A stretch of 64,000 bases of DNA from Calditrichia bacterium (GTDB lineage Bacteria; Calditrichota; Calditrichia; Calditrichales; J004): positions 238,807-302,806 of the forward strand of contig JACKAO010000006.1 of assembly GCA_020635035.1 (NCBI GenBank). Reading direction: 5' to 3'. Shown in pieces: positions 9,542 through 19,301 of the stretch (its first letter is position 1; each line of letters opens with the position of its first letter). The position numbers and the translations under genes were made by a program. The notes beneath the pieces are model-generated. The model saw only the letters and a program-made list of their open reading frames with translations, searched no databases and had not been told where the DNA came from.

Positions 9542-10837
9542 TTAATATGATATTTCAATTATGCCGGCTAATTGCTCCAGCTCAAGTATGGCAATTCTTG
9601 CCTGGTATTGAGCTGCAATATATGAAACTTGTGAACGGTTTAGACTAATTTGCGCATCCCTGAAGTCCAAGGATGTCGTCGTTCCGATCTGATAACGTTC
9701 TTTTTGAACTTCAAAAGAGCGAGTGGCTGCTTCAACGTTTTGTCTCTCCAATGATAAAACTTTCATTCGGTTTTCAAAATTTATCATACTTTCTTCTAAA
9801 GCTGCTTTAACCTGAAGTTCGGTTTGCTGAAGCTCCAACTGTTTATTCCGTTCTTCGAGAATCGCATTCTGGCGGGTAATATTGTCACGAAAACCATTGA
9901 ATAAATTAAAACTCACGTTAAGACCAATAGATTTGTCCTTTGCATCGGTTGTAATCTCTCTGCCTGCAGCAGTTACAAGGCGATCTGTATAATTATATGC
10001 CCCGCTTAATGAAATTCTGGGATAGAATGAAGCAGTATTTATCGTGATATTTTTTTCAGCTGCGAGCAAATTTGCCTTTGATGTTTTTATAAGAGCATTG
10101 CGTTCTAAGGCCAGTTTTAGCCATTCTTCGTCGGTTCGATTATGTACAGGAACAGTTATTTCGGATGATACTTCAAAAGGTGTTTTTAAATCTCTGGCCA
10201 GCAAAGTATTTATGGTATTTTTTGCTGTAAGTAAATTTAACTGGCTTTGAAGCAAAACGGAGCTATCAGCATTAAAAGCAACCTGCGAACGAAGAAAATC
10301 GGTTGAAGAAATACCACCCATCTCTTTACGTACTTTTTCCTTTTCCAGTCGCTCTCGGGAGAGCTGCAGGTTATTTTTATTTATTTCATAAAGTTGCTGT
10401 TGCTGAACAACATTAAAATATGCTGCAAGCACGGTAACAACAGTATTCTCAATCGTTAACCGGCTTTGAGCTTCACCCAGCCGGCTAAGAGCATCAAAAC
10501 GGGATTTACTTGCAAACATGCTGAAGCCATCAAAGATAGTCCAGCTAAGTGCTAATTGGGCTAGAAGTTGTTCTGTATCTCTGTTCCCAAAACTAAACTG
10601 TGAATTAGTTTTTTCGTCGGTGACACTATAACTTTTTGAAGCGGTTGCATCCAAACGCGGCAAAAATCCGGCAGTACCTAACCCGGCATTATTTTCAGCA
10701 ATTTCAGCATTGTTCCTGGCAATTTGAATTGAGTAATTATTTTCCAGTGCTGTTTTTATCGCATTTTCCGCTGTTAATATCTGTTGTGACAAAGCCAGGT
10801 TTAATAAAAGTATCAGGACCCAAACTATTTTAATCAT
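9542..10837 (-). CDS. TolC-family outer membrane efflux protein
   Basis: Signal peptide and two coiled OEP-type repeats. 4-nt overlap with the upstream RND pump gene. Confidence 0.85.
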   Translation of the reverse strand: MIKIVWVLILLLNLALSQQILTAENAIKTALENNYSIQIARNNAEIAENNAGLGTAGFLPRLDATASKSYSVTDEKTNSQFSFGNRDTEQLLAQLALSWTIFDGFSMFASKSRFDALSRLGEAQSRLTIENTVVTVLAAYFNVVQQQQLYEINKNNLQLSRERLEKEKVRKEMGGISSTDFLRSQVAFNADSSVLLQSQLNLLTAKNTINTLLARDLKTPFEVSSEITVPVHNRTDEEWLKLALERNALIKTSKANLLAAEKNITINTASFYPRISLSGAYNYTDRLVTAAGREITTDAKDKSIGLNVSFNLFNGFRDNITRQNAILEERNKQLELQQTELQVKAALEESMINFENRMKVLSLERQNVEAATRSFEVQKERYQIGTTTSLDFRDAQISLNRSQVSYIAAQYQARIAILELEQLAGIIEISY

Positions 10838-13800
10838 GCTTCTACAATCTCCGGTTTTTCCCCATTTGCAATTAATTCTTTAATAGCCGGTTCAACTTCT
10901 TCTGCTGATTTATTTTCCTTGTTAATGTAGCGACTCCAGCCGCTGCGAATTCTATTTAAAATCAGCAATGCAGCAGGTAAAACAAAAAGTAGAATTACGG
11001 TTCCAAATATTAAACCATAAGCAACTGATACAGCCATTGGAATCAGGAATTGTGCCTGCCTGCTTTTCTCCAGAATCAGCGGTGCCAAACCGGCAGCCGT
11101 GGTTAATGATGTCAGTAAAATAGGTCGCAAGCGCGATATTCCGGCATTGTAGATCGCATCATAAACTTTTTGACCTTCGCGCAAATTGCGGTTGAATTGA
11201 TCTGTAAGTACGATACTGTCATTTATTATTATCCCGGAAAGTGCTATGATACCGTATACAGAAAGTGTGTTTATCTGTATACCCTGCAGTCCATGGCCAA
11301 GAAATGCACCAACAACACCTAAAGGAATCAACCCAAAAATTACAATAGCCTGGCTGTAGGAGCGAAAGACAAGAACAACCAGGATAAACATCAGCAGCAG
11401 TGCCAACGGAAAAGCCTGGCGCATTGAGTTTTGTGTTTTCTTCTGATCGCGGGATTGTCCCCCAAACGATGCCAGCACACCGGGTGTTTGTTTTAAAATA
11501 GCTGGAACAATCTTTTCCTGTACTTCTTCAAGGATGGGCGGCAGGTCAATATCTTCGTTGGCAAGCGATGCTTCAACACGAACTTCACGCTTGCGGTCAA
11601 GATGGTTAATAGCCGTTATACCACGTTCTATTTTATAGGTTGCTAATTCACTAAAAGGATATTCACCGCCTTGTGGCGTTCGTATACGCATATTATCAAG
11701 GAAACCGAGAGCGGCACGGTCTTCATCGCGATAACGAACCCATACCCGGATTTCATCTTCTCCACGTTGAATACGCTGAATTTCCTGTCCGAAGAAACCC
11801 TGCCGAACCTGGCCGGCAACATCACGTAATGTTAATCCAAGAGCATGGGCCCTTGGTTTTAAATGAATGTCAAGTTCCCGGCGACCTTCCTGGTTGGTAT
11901 CGGAAACATCCCTTAGAGTACTGAAACTTTCTAATTCTGCCATCAGCAGATCACGTGCATGATTCAGATCCTGAAGATCATTTCCAAGCAGGCTGACAGA
12001 TACTGGCTTACCAAAAAAGCTGATGCGTCCATAAGTGATTTTTTCAGCTTTTGGAATAGGACCTACCATTTCGCGCAGTCGGTTGGCAATAATATAACTG
12101 TCCATGTTGCGAATCTCACCGTCAATTAACTGGATTGTCAGCTTCCCGGAATTACTCCCTGATTCCAGAAAATCATTGGTTCCTAATTCACGCCGCATAC
12201 CAATTACAACATCCAGGCTGTCTGCTCTTTCTGATTTCAGGATTTCATTTAATTCCCAGGCTTTTTCTTCGATCATTTTAAGTGTAGCATTTGTTTCTGA
12301 TTCCTGTTTCCCGGAAACCAGAGTAATGTTCACCGGTAACTGATCGCCGTCAATAAATGGGAAAAATGTTGCCCCGATAAATCCACCGCCTACCAGGCCG
12401 ATTGTCAATAACACACCAAAAAGCGGAACTGCCATGGTTGTCCATTTGTGACGCATTGCCAGCTTTAATGTTGGAGCATAGAGATCGTATGTTAAATGAT
12501 GAATCCATTCTTCAAAACGCTTACGTATTTTCGAGTCATCTTTATGCGGATGCAATCCCCTGGAATGGGCTAGATGTGACGGCAAAATTAAAAATGCTTC
12601 AACAAGCGAGAAGAATAATGTAGCAACCACGATCAGCGCCATGTGCCAGATAAATTTTCCTAAAAAACCATCAAGAAAAAAGAACGGCAGAAAGGCAACC
12701 ATGGTGGTTGTAACGGATGTGAATACAGGTCCAAGTACTTCAATGGAACCATCAATTGCTGCACGTAAAGCCGGTTTACCACGCTCATAGTGAGCAAATA
12801 TATTTTCTGATACAACAATGGCGTCATCAACCAGGATACCAATTACAACGATCATCCCAAAAAGAGAAATAACATTTATGGTAATTCCCATCAATCCCGC
12901 AAGTATAAACATTCCGCCAAAGGAGAAGGGAATACCAACGGATACCCAGAATGAGATTCTTAAGTTGAGAAAGAAACCGAGAGCTATAAGAACAAACAAT
13001 AACCCCAGAATACCGTTGTTAACAAGCAGCTGTAAACGCTGACGCAGGGGATCGGTACGGTCATCCAGAACCAAAGCCTGAACCTGGTTGTTGGAATCAT
13101 TAAACTTTTTAACGATTTCTTTTGTTTTATCTGCAACAGCGATTATATCTTCTTCTGCTGTTTTATCAATATCCAAAACAAGAGCAGCCCGGTCGTTGTA
13201 AAATGTTTTATCCGGTATGTCTTCCCATTTTTCTTTTACATTTGCCACATCAGCCAGCCTGATCAGGCTGCCATCCGGGTTTGTGCGTACAACCAGGTCC
13301 AGCATGTCGCTGGCAAAGTAGTTCTTGCCATAGCTGCGGATCAGGATTTCTTCATCGGCTGTTTCAAATTTACCACCGGAAATATTAACATTACCCGCCG
13401 CTACCGCCTGGACAATCTCATCAAACCGAATATTGTAACGCCGCATATCTTTTTCAGAAAGCTCGATTGACATTTCCAGCTCCGGAAGTCCCTGAATGGC
13501 AACCTGCGAAATTTCTTCGGTAGCAAGCAGTTCATCACGCATATTCTCTGCAATATATTTAAGATTGTACAGATCGGTTTCACCGAAAATAATTACGGAA
13601 ATTGCCCGAGTCCTGAATTTTTGCTCAAAGATAACAGGCTTTTCACTATCCTGCGGGAATGAGTTGATGCGGTCCACGGCATTCTTCACATCCTGTGTAA
13701 CTTTGTCCATGTCAGCATCTTTTGTTGCTTCAACGGTCACGGTTCCGAAGTTTTCACGCGATACAGAAGTCACACGCTCAACGCCTTCAATGCCGTCAAT

Positions 13801-14013
13801 GTTTTCTTCAATTTTAAGGATGACTCCTTCTTCCACTTCTTCGGGAGATGCTCCCGGATACACCACCTGGATGGTAAGAGAAGAAGGGGGTACTTCCGGG
13901 AAAAAAGCATACTTCATATTATTTAGCTGAATCAATCCGAACAGGATAACACTTCCCAGTAGAACGTTGGTCCATATAGGATAACGGATAAAATATTCAA
14001 TAACTGATTTCAT
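10834..14013 (-). CDS. RND efflux transporter, AcrB/AcrD/AcrF family inner-membrane pump
   Basis: 1059 aa. 12-TM architecture with two large periplasmic loops. Adjacent to the MFP and TolC genes. Confidence 0.95.
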   Translation of the reverse strand: MKSVIEYFIRYPIWTNVLLGSVILFGLIQLNNMKYAFFPEVPPSSLTIQVVYPGASPEEVEEGVILKIEENIDGIEGVERVTSVSRENFGTVTVEATKDADMDKVTQDVKNAVDRINSFPQDSEKPVIFEQKFRTRAISVIIFGETDLYNLKYIAENMRDELLATEEISQVAIQGLPELEMSIELSEKDMRRYNIRFDEIVQAVAAGNVNISGGKFETADEEILIRSYGKNYFASDMLDLVVRTNPDGSLIRLADVANVKEKWEDIPDKTFYNDRAALVLDIDKTAEEDIIAVADKTKEIVKKFNDSNNQVQALVLDDRTDPLRQRLQLLVNNGILGLLFVLIALGFFLNLRISFWVSVGIPFSFGGMFILAGLMGITINVISLFGMIVVIGILVDDAIVVSENIFAHYERGKPALRAAIDGSIEVLGPVFTSVTTTMVAFLPFFFLDGFLGKFIWHMALIVVATLFFSLVEAFLILPSHLAHSRGLHPHKDDSKIRKRFEEWIHHLTYDLYAPTLKLAMRHKWTTMAVPLFGVLLTIGLVGGGFIGATFFPFIDGDQLPVNITLVSGKQESETNATLKMIEEKAWELNEILKSERADSLDVVIGMRRELGTNDFLESGSNSGKLTIQLIDGEIRNMDSYIIANRLREMVGPIPKAEKITYGRISFFGKPVSVSLLGNDLQDLNHARDLLMAELESFSTLRDVSDTNQEGRRELDIHLKPRAHALGLTLRDVAGQVRQGFFGQEIQRIQRGEDEIRVWVRYRDEDRAALGFLDNMRIRTPQGGEYPFSELATYKIERGITAINHLDRKREVRVEASLANEDIDLPPILEEVQEKIVPAILKQTPGVLASFGGQSRDQKKTQNSMRQAFPLALLLMFILVVLVFRSYSQAIVIFGLIPLGVVGAFLGHGLQGIQINTLSVYGIIALSGIIINDSIVLTDQFNRNLREGQKVYDAIYNAGISRLRPILLTSLTTAAGLAPLILEKSRQAQFLIPMAVSVAYGLIFGTVILLFVLPAALLILNRIRSGWSRYINKENKSAEEVEPAIKELIANGEKPEIVEA

Positions 14014-15152
14014 TATTCAACTCCGTCGGATTCACCGGTTAGTAACCGTGGTTTGGCAGGCATTCCGGCAGCAATTCCCTGCATTAATTCGACGACAAGT
14101 GTGTCCCCTGCTGTTAATCCGGAAGTTACAATTACGGATTCGATCTGTTTAAACGCGATTCCTACTTTCTGAAAAAAAAGCTGTTCATTTTTTATAAGAT
14201 ACACATACTGATCATTATAAATTGCCTGCCGCGGAACCACAACAGCATTGCCTATGCTTTTTCCGGGCAGATCAGCTGTCAGAAATACACCGTTGGGCAG
14301 GGCGGTTTTATTTTCTATACTTACGAAAGCCGGGATACTTTGAGTACGGCTGTCAATGTTTTGGCCGATCCGCCTTATCTGCCCAAACCATGTTCCATCC
14401 AGCTCTGTGGAAGAAAACCGAACTTGTTTGGAGCTGTTAAGATAGGAAATGTTTTCAGCGGGCACTGGAACTTCAACTTCCAGTTCATCCAGGTTGATTA
14501 TTTCGCCAAGTTTGCTGCCGCTTCGGGCAGTAGAACCAATCCTTAAATCTGCTGAAACGATGCTACCATTAAACGGGGCATAAAAATTATGTTTTTCAAG
14601 ATTAATTTCAGCCTGTTTAATGGCATAATAAAGTTTAAAAACATTGGATCGGGATAAATAGAGTTTAAGCTTTTTATCATTAATGACCGGCATAGCTTTT
14701 AATGGTTTTTCAAAATTTGTTTCGGCAAAATAGTTATCCCAGGTTTTAAATTGATTAGGAAAATCAACTTTTATGTCCGGCAGAACGGCCGCTAATGCAT
14801 TCAAAAAATCACTTTTCAGACTATTTAATGTCAGGGCTGCAAGTCTGTCATCGACTTTTACGATAAGATCGCCCTTTTTAAAGGACTGCGCAGGCTTAAA
14901 AGGAATATTCCCGGGTAAAATTTCCCCGGCAACTTCGCTGATAAGCTGAACCGGTTGAGCCGATGTTACCCTGCCGTAAGCGGTAATACTAGGCTCAATA
15001 TTGGCTGGCTGAACAACCACTGCGTCCACCGTTTTAGGATGGATTTGTTTTTCCTTTTTAGGCGCTTCTTCGCGCATGTTTATAAGCGTTATCATTGAAA
15101 TAAAGCCCAATGACAAAAGTAAAACCGGTATTAAAATTTTTTTCCAGTTCAT
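14013..15152 (-). CDS. RND efflux periplasmic adaptor (membrane fusion protein, HlyD family)
   Basis: N-terminal TM anchor, lipoyl-like/beta-barrel adaptor pattern, operon position. ATG at 15152 follows GGGGA. The track ORF begins at a TTG at 15170. Confidence 0.85.
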   Translation of the reverse strand: MNWKKILIPVLLLSLGFISMITLINMREEAPKKEKQIHPKTVDAVVVQPANIEPSITAYGRVTSAQPVQLISEVAGEILPGNIPFKPAQSFKKGDLIVKVDDRLAALTLNSLKSDFLNALAAVLPDIKVDFPNQFKTWDNYFAETNFEKPLKAMPVINDKKLKLYLSRSNVFKLYYAIKQAEINLEKHNFYAPFNGSIVSADLRIGSTARSGSKLGEIINLDELEVEVPVPAENISYLNSSKQVRFSSTELDGTWFGQIRRIGQNIDSRTQSIPAFVSIENKTALPNGVFLTADLPGKSIGNAVVVPRQAIYNDQYVYLIKNEQLFFQKVGIAFKQIESVIVTSGLTAGDTLVVELMQGIAAGMPAKPRLLTGESDGVE

Positions 15153-15521
15153 AAAATCCCCGTTATACAAATCAGTTTGTAATTTATACCTATCTATTAA
15201 TTCCCTTAGCTTTAATCTGTTAAAAGCGATATTCTTTCAGATGAATGAAGGGTTGAAAAGTTGCGTTTTCGAAGAACGCAGAAAATAGGGATTTTTGAAA
15301 GAAAAAAAAAGTTAGAATTTAAAAAAAGAAATACAACTCCTGAACTGTAAATGTTTGCTATATCAGGTGAACCGGATTAATATCAGAGAAAATCAGTTTA
15401 GTAATTATTTACACAATAAAATCATGGATTTTAATAACATTTTGTGAACTGTTTGTTATAAACCGTTTGCATATTTCAAATTGTTAAGGAAAATAAGTAA
15501 CATCATTCAAAGTACACAAAC

Positions 15522-16247
15522 ATGGACAGGCAAATGCAAAACAAAAGAGTTCTTATCGTAGAAGATGATCCCAAAATTGTTGATTTGATTGAGATACACT
15601 TAGGTGATGCCGGGTTTGAACTTCACAAATCTTCAGACGGAATAAGCGGATTGGAAAAGGCCCTGCAGAATGATTACGCGCTGGTTATATTGGATTTAAT
15701 GCTCCCCCATATGGATGGACTGGAAGTATGCCGCCGGCTAAAAAGTGCTAAAAAATTTACACCGGTTTTGATGCTTACCGCAAAATCTGAAGAAATTGAT
15801 AAAGTTCTGGGGCTTGAAGTGGGTGCGGATGATTACCTGACAAAGCCTTTTGGCGTGCGTGAACTTATTGCCCGGGTTAAGGCAATTGTTAGAAGGGTAG
15901 AACTTGATGAAGAAAAACACTCTTCAAATGATAAGAACAACCGGCTGGAATTTAAAGATCTGGTAATAGATACAGATAAACATCTTGTGTTGTTAAAAGA
16001 GAAAAAAATAGACCTGACAGCAAAAGAGTTCGATCTGCTTACCTTATTTGCTACACATCCGGGGAATACCTATAGCCGCGAAAGATTGCTGGACTTGATA
16101 TGGGGCTATCAGTACGAAGGATATGAGCATACAGTAAGTTCGCATATAAATCGGTTGCGAAACAAGATTGAAGAAGATCCCACGAATCCGCGTTATATAA
16201 AGACATTATGGGGCGTTGGTTACCGATTTGAAGAACCGGGAGAATAA
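15522..16247 (+). CDS. OmpR/PhoB-family response regulator
   Basis: Receiver (VLIVEDDPKI, LVILDLMLPHMDG, KP) plus winged-helix Trans_reg_C (LTAKEFDLL...RLRNKIE...IKTLWGVGYRF). Confidence 0.95.
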   Translation: MDRQMQNKRVLIVEDDPKIVDLIEIHLGDAGFELHKSSDGISGLEKALQNDYALVILDLMLPHMDGLEVCRRLKSAKKFTPVLMLTAKSEEIDKVLGLEVGADDYLTKPFGVRELIARVKAIVRRVELDEEKHSSNDKNNRLEFKDLVIDTDKHLVLLKEKKIDLTAKEFDLLTLFATHPGNTYSRERLLDLIWGYQYEGYEHTVSSHINRLRNKIEEDPTNPRYIKTLWGVGYRFEEPGE

Positions 16248-16248
16248 A

Positions 16249-17733
16249 ATGAAGGGATTTTTTAAAACTTTTTACGGAAAGCTTTCCGCGCTGTTTCTGA
16301 TTCTGCTGCTGGTGATGGGAACGGTTCAGATTTTGATTACGATTAATTCCTGGAAAGAATATTATAATGAAGCGGATCAAAAATTAAACCAGCGTTTAGC
16401 GCAGGATATGGCCAATGAGCTTAAACCCCTTGTAAAAGACAGCCTTAACATTGATGCAGTCCATCATTCTATTCATTATATGATGGTTATGAATCCTAAA
16501 GTAGAGATTTATCTTTTGGACGGACAGGGTAAAATTCTTGCCTTTTTTGCCGAGCCGGATAAAAAAGTTAAGTCAACCCATGTTGGTTTAAATGCTGTTA
16601 AAAGTTTTCTTACTAAATCCGAACAACTTCCAATTTTAGGCGATGATCCCCGCAACCCCGGAGTAACCAAACCTTTTTCAGCTGCTCGTTTAACGATTGG
16701 CCCTGACATTGATGGCTATTTATACATCATACTCGGATCAGAACAATTTGATATGGCAATTAATAACACACGTGAAAGCTATGTGGCCGCGACAATCGCC
16801 AAAGGTTTGTTGATTACACTTGTTTTTACAGCTTTGCTTGGACTGTTGATTTTTGCGTTTTTAACAAAGCGGCTGCGCGAGATGACAAAGGTCGTTGAAA
16901 ATTTTAAAAAAGGCATCTACAAAGCGCGCATTGCAGTAAAAAGCCATGACGAAATTGCAAACCTGGGAATTACTTTTAATACTATGGCGGAAACCATTGA
17001 AGCTAATATCGATGAGCTTAAAAAAACGGACACTCTGCGTCGTGAACTGATTGCCAATGTATCGCATGACCTGCGCAGCCCACTGGCATCTGTACGGGGT
17101 TATCTTGAAACCATTCAAATGAAAGATAAAACCCTGTCTGGTGAAGAAAGGGCAAGATACATCAATATTCTCCTTGATTCGACGAATGGACTGGAACGGC
17201 TTGTTGAGCAATTGTTTGAGCTATCCAAACTTGATGCCCGTCAGATTGAACCGACCTGTGAGCCTTTCCTGCTGAAGGAAATGGTTTATGATGTTATGAT
17301 GAAGTTTAAACCAAGGGCAGACAATGCGGCTGTTCGCTTAAAAGTGGATATTCCTGATGGATTACCACAGGTTTATGCCGATGTCGGCTTAATCGAAAGG
17401 GTTTTATCAAATCTGATCGAAAATGCCATAAAATACTCGGTACAGAACGGTACTGTAATAATTTCAACAGATAAAAGTGATAATGAAATAATTCGTGTCC
17501 GTGTTCAAGACAGCGGGCCTGGTATTAAACAGGACGATATACCTTTTATTTTTGAACGTTTTTACAGAGTTGATAAAAGCCGTTCCGGAAAAACCGGCGG
17601 CACAGGTTTAGGTCTGGCCATAGCGAAGAAAATAATGGAGATTCACAACAGTACGATTTCGGTAGTTAGCGAACTTAATAAGGGCAGCACATTTTCTTTC
17701 AACTTACAGGCGTGGCATCCGGGAAAGGCATAA
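16249..17733 (+). CDS. HAMP-domain sensor histidine kinase (BaeS/CusS-like)
   Basis: Two TM segments, HAMP, H-box SHDLRSPL, and HATPase N/G boxes (NLIENAIKY, DSGPGI, GGTGLGLAI). ATG at 16249 lies 1 nt after the regulator stop. Confidence 0.95.
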   Translation: MKGFFKTFYGKLSALFLILLLVMGTVQILITINSWKEYYNEADQKLNQRLAQDMANELKPLVKDSLNIDAVHHSIHYMMVMNPKVEIYLLDGQGKILAFFAEPDKKVKSTHVGLNAVKSFLTKSEQLPILGDDPRNPGVTKPFSAARLTIGPDIDGYLYIILGSEQFDMAINNTRESYVAATIAKGLLITLVFTALLGLLIFAFLTKRLREMTKVVENFKKGIYKARIAVKSHDEIANLGITFNTMAETIEANIDELKKTDTLRRELIANVSHDLRSPLASVRGYLETIQMKDKTLSGEERARYINILLDSTNGLERLVEQLFELSKLDARQIEPTCEPFLLKEMVYDVMMKFKPRADNAAVRLKVDIPDGLPQVYADVGLIERVLSNLIENAIKYSVQNGTVIISTDKSDNEIIRVRVQDSGPGIKQDDIPFIFERFYRVDKSRSGKTGGTGLGLAIAKKIMEIHNSTISVVSELNKGSTFSFNLQAWHPGKA

Positions 17734-17774
17734 AGCTTTATTACAGAATTACCAGCAGACCGGAGAAATAAATC

Positions 17775-17945
17775 TCAGGACTTATCTTTCTTAATTTTGA
17801 CTGGCTTGCACAGGTGCTCCGCCTGATTGGCGGAGCGTGCACATTTTCTGCAAATAAACCTTGGATTTTCAACAATATTTATAATCACATCCCAATGTTT
17901 TTCAATTTCTTTTTTGTCCCAGTCACAAAGTGTTTTTTTAGCCAT
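17775..17945 (-). CDS. Small 56-aa four-cysteine protein (below the ORF-track size cutoff)
   Basis: Hand translation: MAKKTLCDWDKKEIEKHWDVIINIVENPRFICRKCARSANQAEHLCKPVKIKKDKS*. It starts 8 nt downstream of the oxidoreductase stop on the same strand. Cys residues at 7, 32, 35 and 46 (C-x2-C plus two flanking). Confidence 0.5.
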   Translation of the reverse strand: MAKKTLCDWDKKEIEKHWDVIINIVENPRFICRKCARSANQAEHLCKPVKIKKDKS

Positions 17946-17953
17946 TATATTAC

Positions 17954-19288
17954 TTAAAACCTTGGTTCCCAGCCTGGTTCATAATCACGGCTCCACATTT
18001 TCATAGCCTGATCATCGTTTAAAATTTTCCCATTTTCGGGATCAATTGCTAATTTTCTTCCTGTTGCCTGTGCAATATTTCCAAGATGGCATAGAGTATT
18101 AGTTATATGCCCCACTTCAATCGGTGAATGAAGTTTTTTATTCTCACGTATAGCATCAAGGAAGTTGTTCATATGATTTACATCGAGTGCACCTTCACCA
18201 ATCGTGTTTGTTGTGGCGCTTTCTTCTTTTTCTTTTAGTTCTTTAATCAGTTTTCCATCCAAATCATAGGCGCGATAGTTGTTGCGATCGATTAAAACTG
18301 TACCTTTTGTACCATAAATGGCTGAACCGCGTCCCCAGCCCTGCTCCGGAAAGGAATTGCAACTACGGCCTTCCCAGGTAATCATTTTTTCTTCAGGGAA
18401 TTGATAATTTGCAACTTGTGTATCATAAAACTGCCAGTCGTCTTTAAAAGCATATCGCCCGCCTGACGAGTTTACTTCAACAGGGAAGTCCACTCCTAAA
18501 GCCCAGCGGCAAATATCAATTTCGTGCGTACCATTGTTGTTAATCTCACCGGTTCCCCAATTCCAGAACCAGTGCCAGTTATAATGAACCCAGTTATCGT
18601 GATACGCTTTACGTGGTGCCGGTCCTTGCCAAAGCTCCCAATTCAATTCAGCCGGAACGGCAACCGGTTTTCCAAGTCCAATGGATTTTCTGTTATTTGC
18701 ATACCAGGCTCTTCCATAGTAAGCATCACCAATCAAACCGTTATGGATATCCTGAATTGCTTCGATGGATGTATCTGCTGATCGTTGCTGAGTTCCCATC
18801 TGGATAACTTTTCCATATTTTTTTTGGGCGGATATCAGTAATTCACCTTCGTGTGGATTGTGACTGCAGGGCTTTTCCACATAAACATCCTTGCCGGTGC
18901 TAACCGCCATTATCGTCATCGGTGCATGCCAGTGATCGGGTGTGGCAATGGCTACTGCATCTATATCTTTGTTTTCAAGAATTTTACGAAAATCAGTTTC
19001 TGCCTGTGGTTTAAGGCCGTAGATTTCTTCGGTCATTTTAAGCATCTCAGTGATGGTGCGCTTGTCTACATCGCAAACATGGCTTACGACAGCATTTTTT
19101 GATTTAGTGATTGCCCCGAATAGTGCCTTTCCCCGTCCATTAAGTCCGATCACAGCCATACGCACTTTGTCGTTAGAGCCAATTATGGATGAATAACTTT
19201 TTGCTGAAAAAGCTATACTGAGCCCGGCCCCTGCAATGGATGCTGTTTTTATAAATTTTCTGCGTGATATACTTTTTGAATTATTCAT
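17954..19288 (-). CDS. TAT-exported Gfo/Idh/MocA-family oxidoreductase
   Basis: Twin-arginine signal SRRKFIKTASIAGAGLSIA. Rossmann motif VIGLNGRGK. GFO_IDH_MocA pattern EKP. Confidence 0.9.
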   Translation of the reverse strand: MNNSKSISRRKFIKTASIAGAGLSIAFSAKSYSSIIGSNDKVRMAVIGLNGRGKALFGAITKSKNAVVSHVCDVDKRTITEMLKMTEEIYGLKPQAETDFRKILENKDIDAVAIATPDHWHAPMTIMAVSTGKDVYVEKPCSHNPHEGELLISAQKKYGKVIQMGTQQRSADTSIEAIQDIHNGLIGDAYYGRAWYANNRKSIGLGKPVAVPAELNWELWQGPAPRKAYHDNWVHYNWHWFWNWGTGEINNNGTHEIDICRWALGVDFPVEVNSSGGRYAFKDDWQFYDTQVANYQFPEEKMITWEGRSCNSFPEQGWGRGSAIYGTKGTVLIDRNNYRAYDLDGKLIKELKEKEESATTNTIGEGALDVNHMNNFLDAIRENKKLHSPIEVGHITNTLCHLGNIAQATGRKLAIDPENGKILNDDQAMKMWSRDYEPGWEPRF

Positions 19289-19301
19289 GTGTCATCCTTA
19301 T

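Noticed and set aside
13496-13930. 144-aa plus-strand ORF inside the RND pump gene
   Set aside because: It is antisense to a 1059-aa AcrB-family gene, Ser/Thr-rich and without motifs, so it is probably spurious.
16051-16380. 109-aa minus-strand ORF across the response-regulator/kinase junction
   Set aside because: It is antisense to two well-supported, tightly coupled genes.
17816-17836. Perfect hairpin GCTCCGCC-TGATT-GGCGGAGC considered as the terminator of the histidine kinase gene
   Set aside because: It is not followed by a T-run on either strand, and it lies inside the 56-aa minus-strand ORF. I kept it only as a note under that finding.
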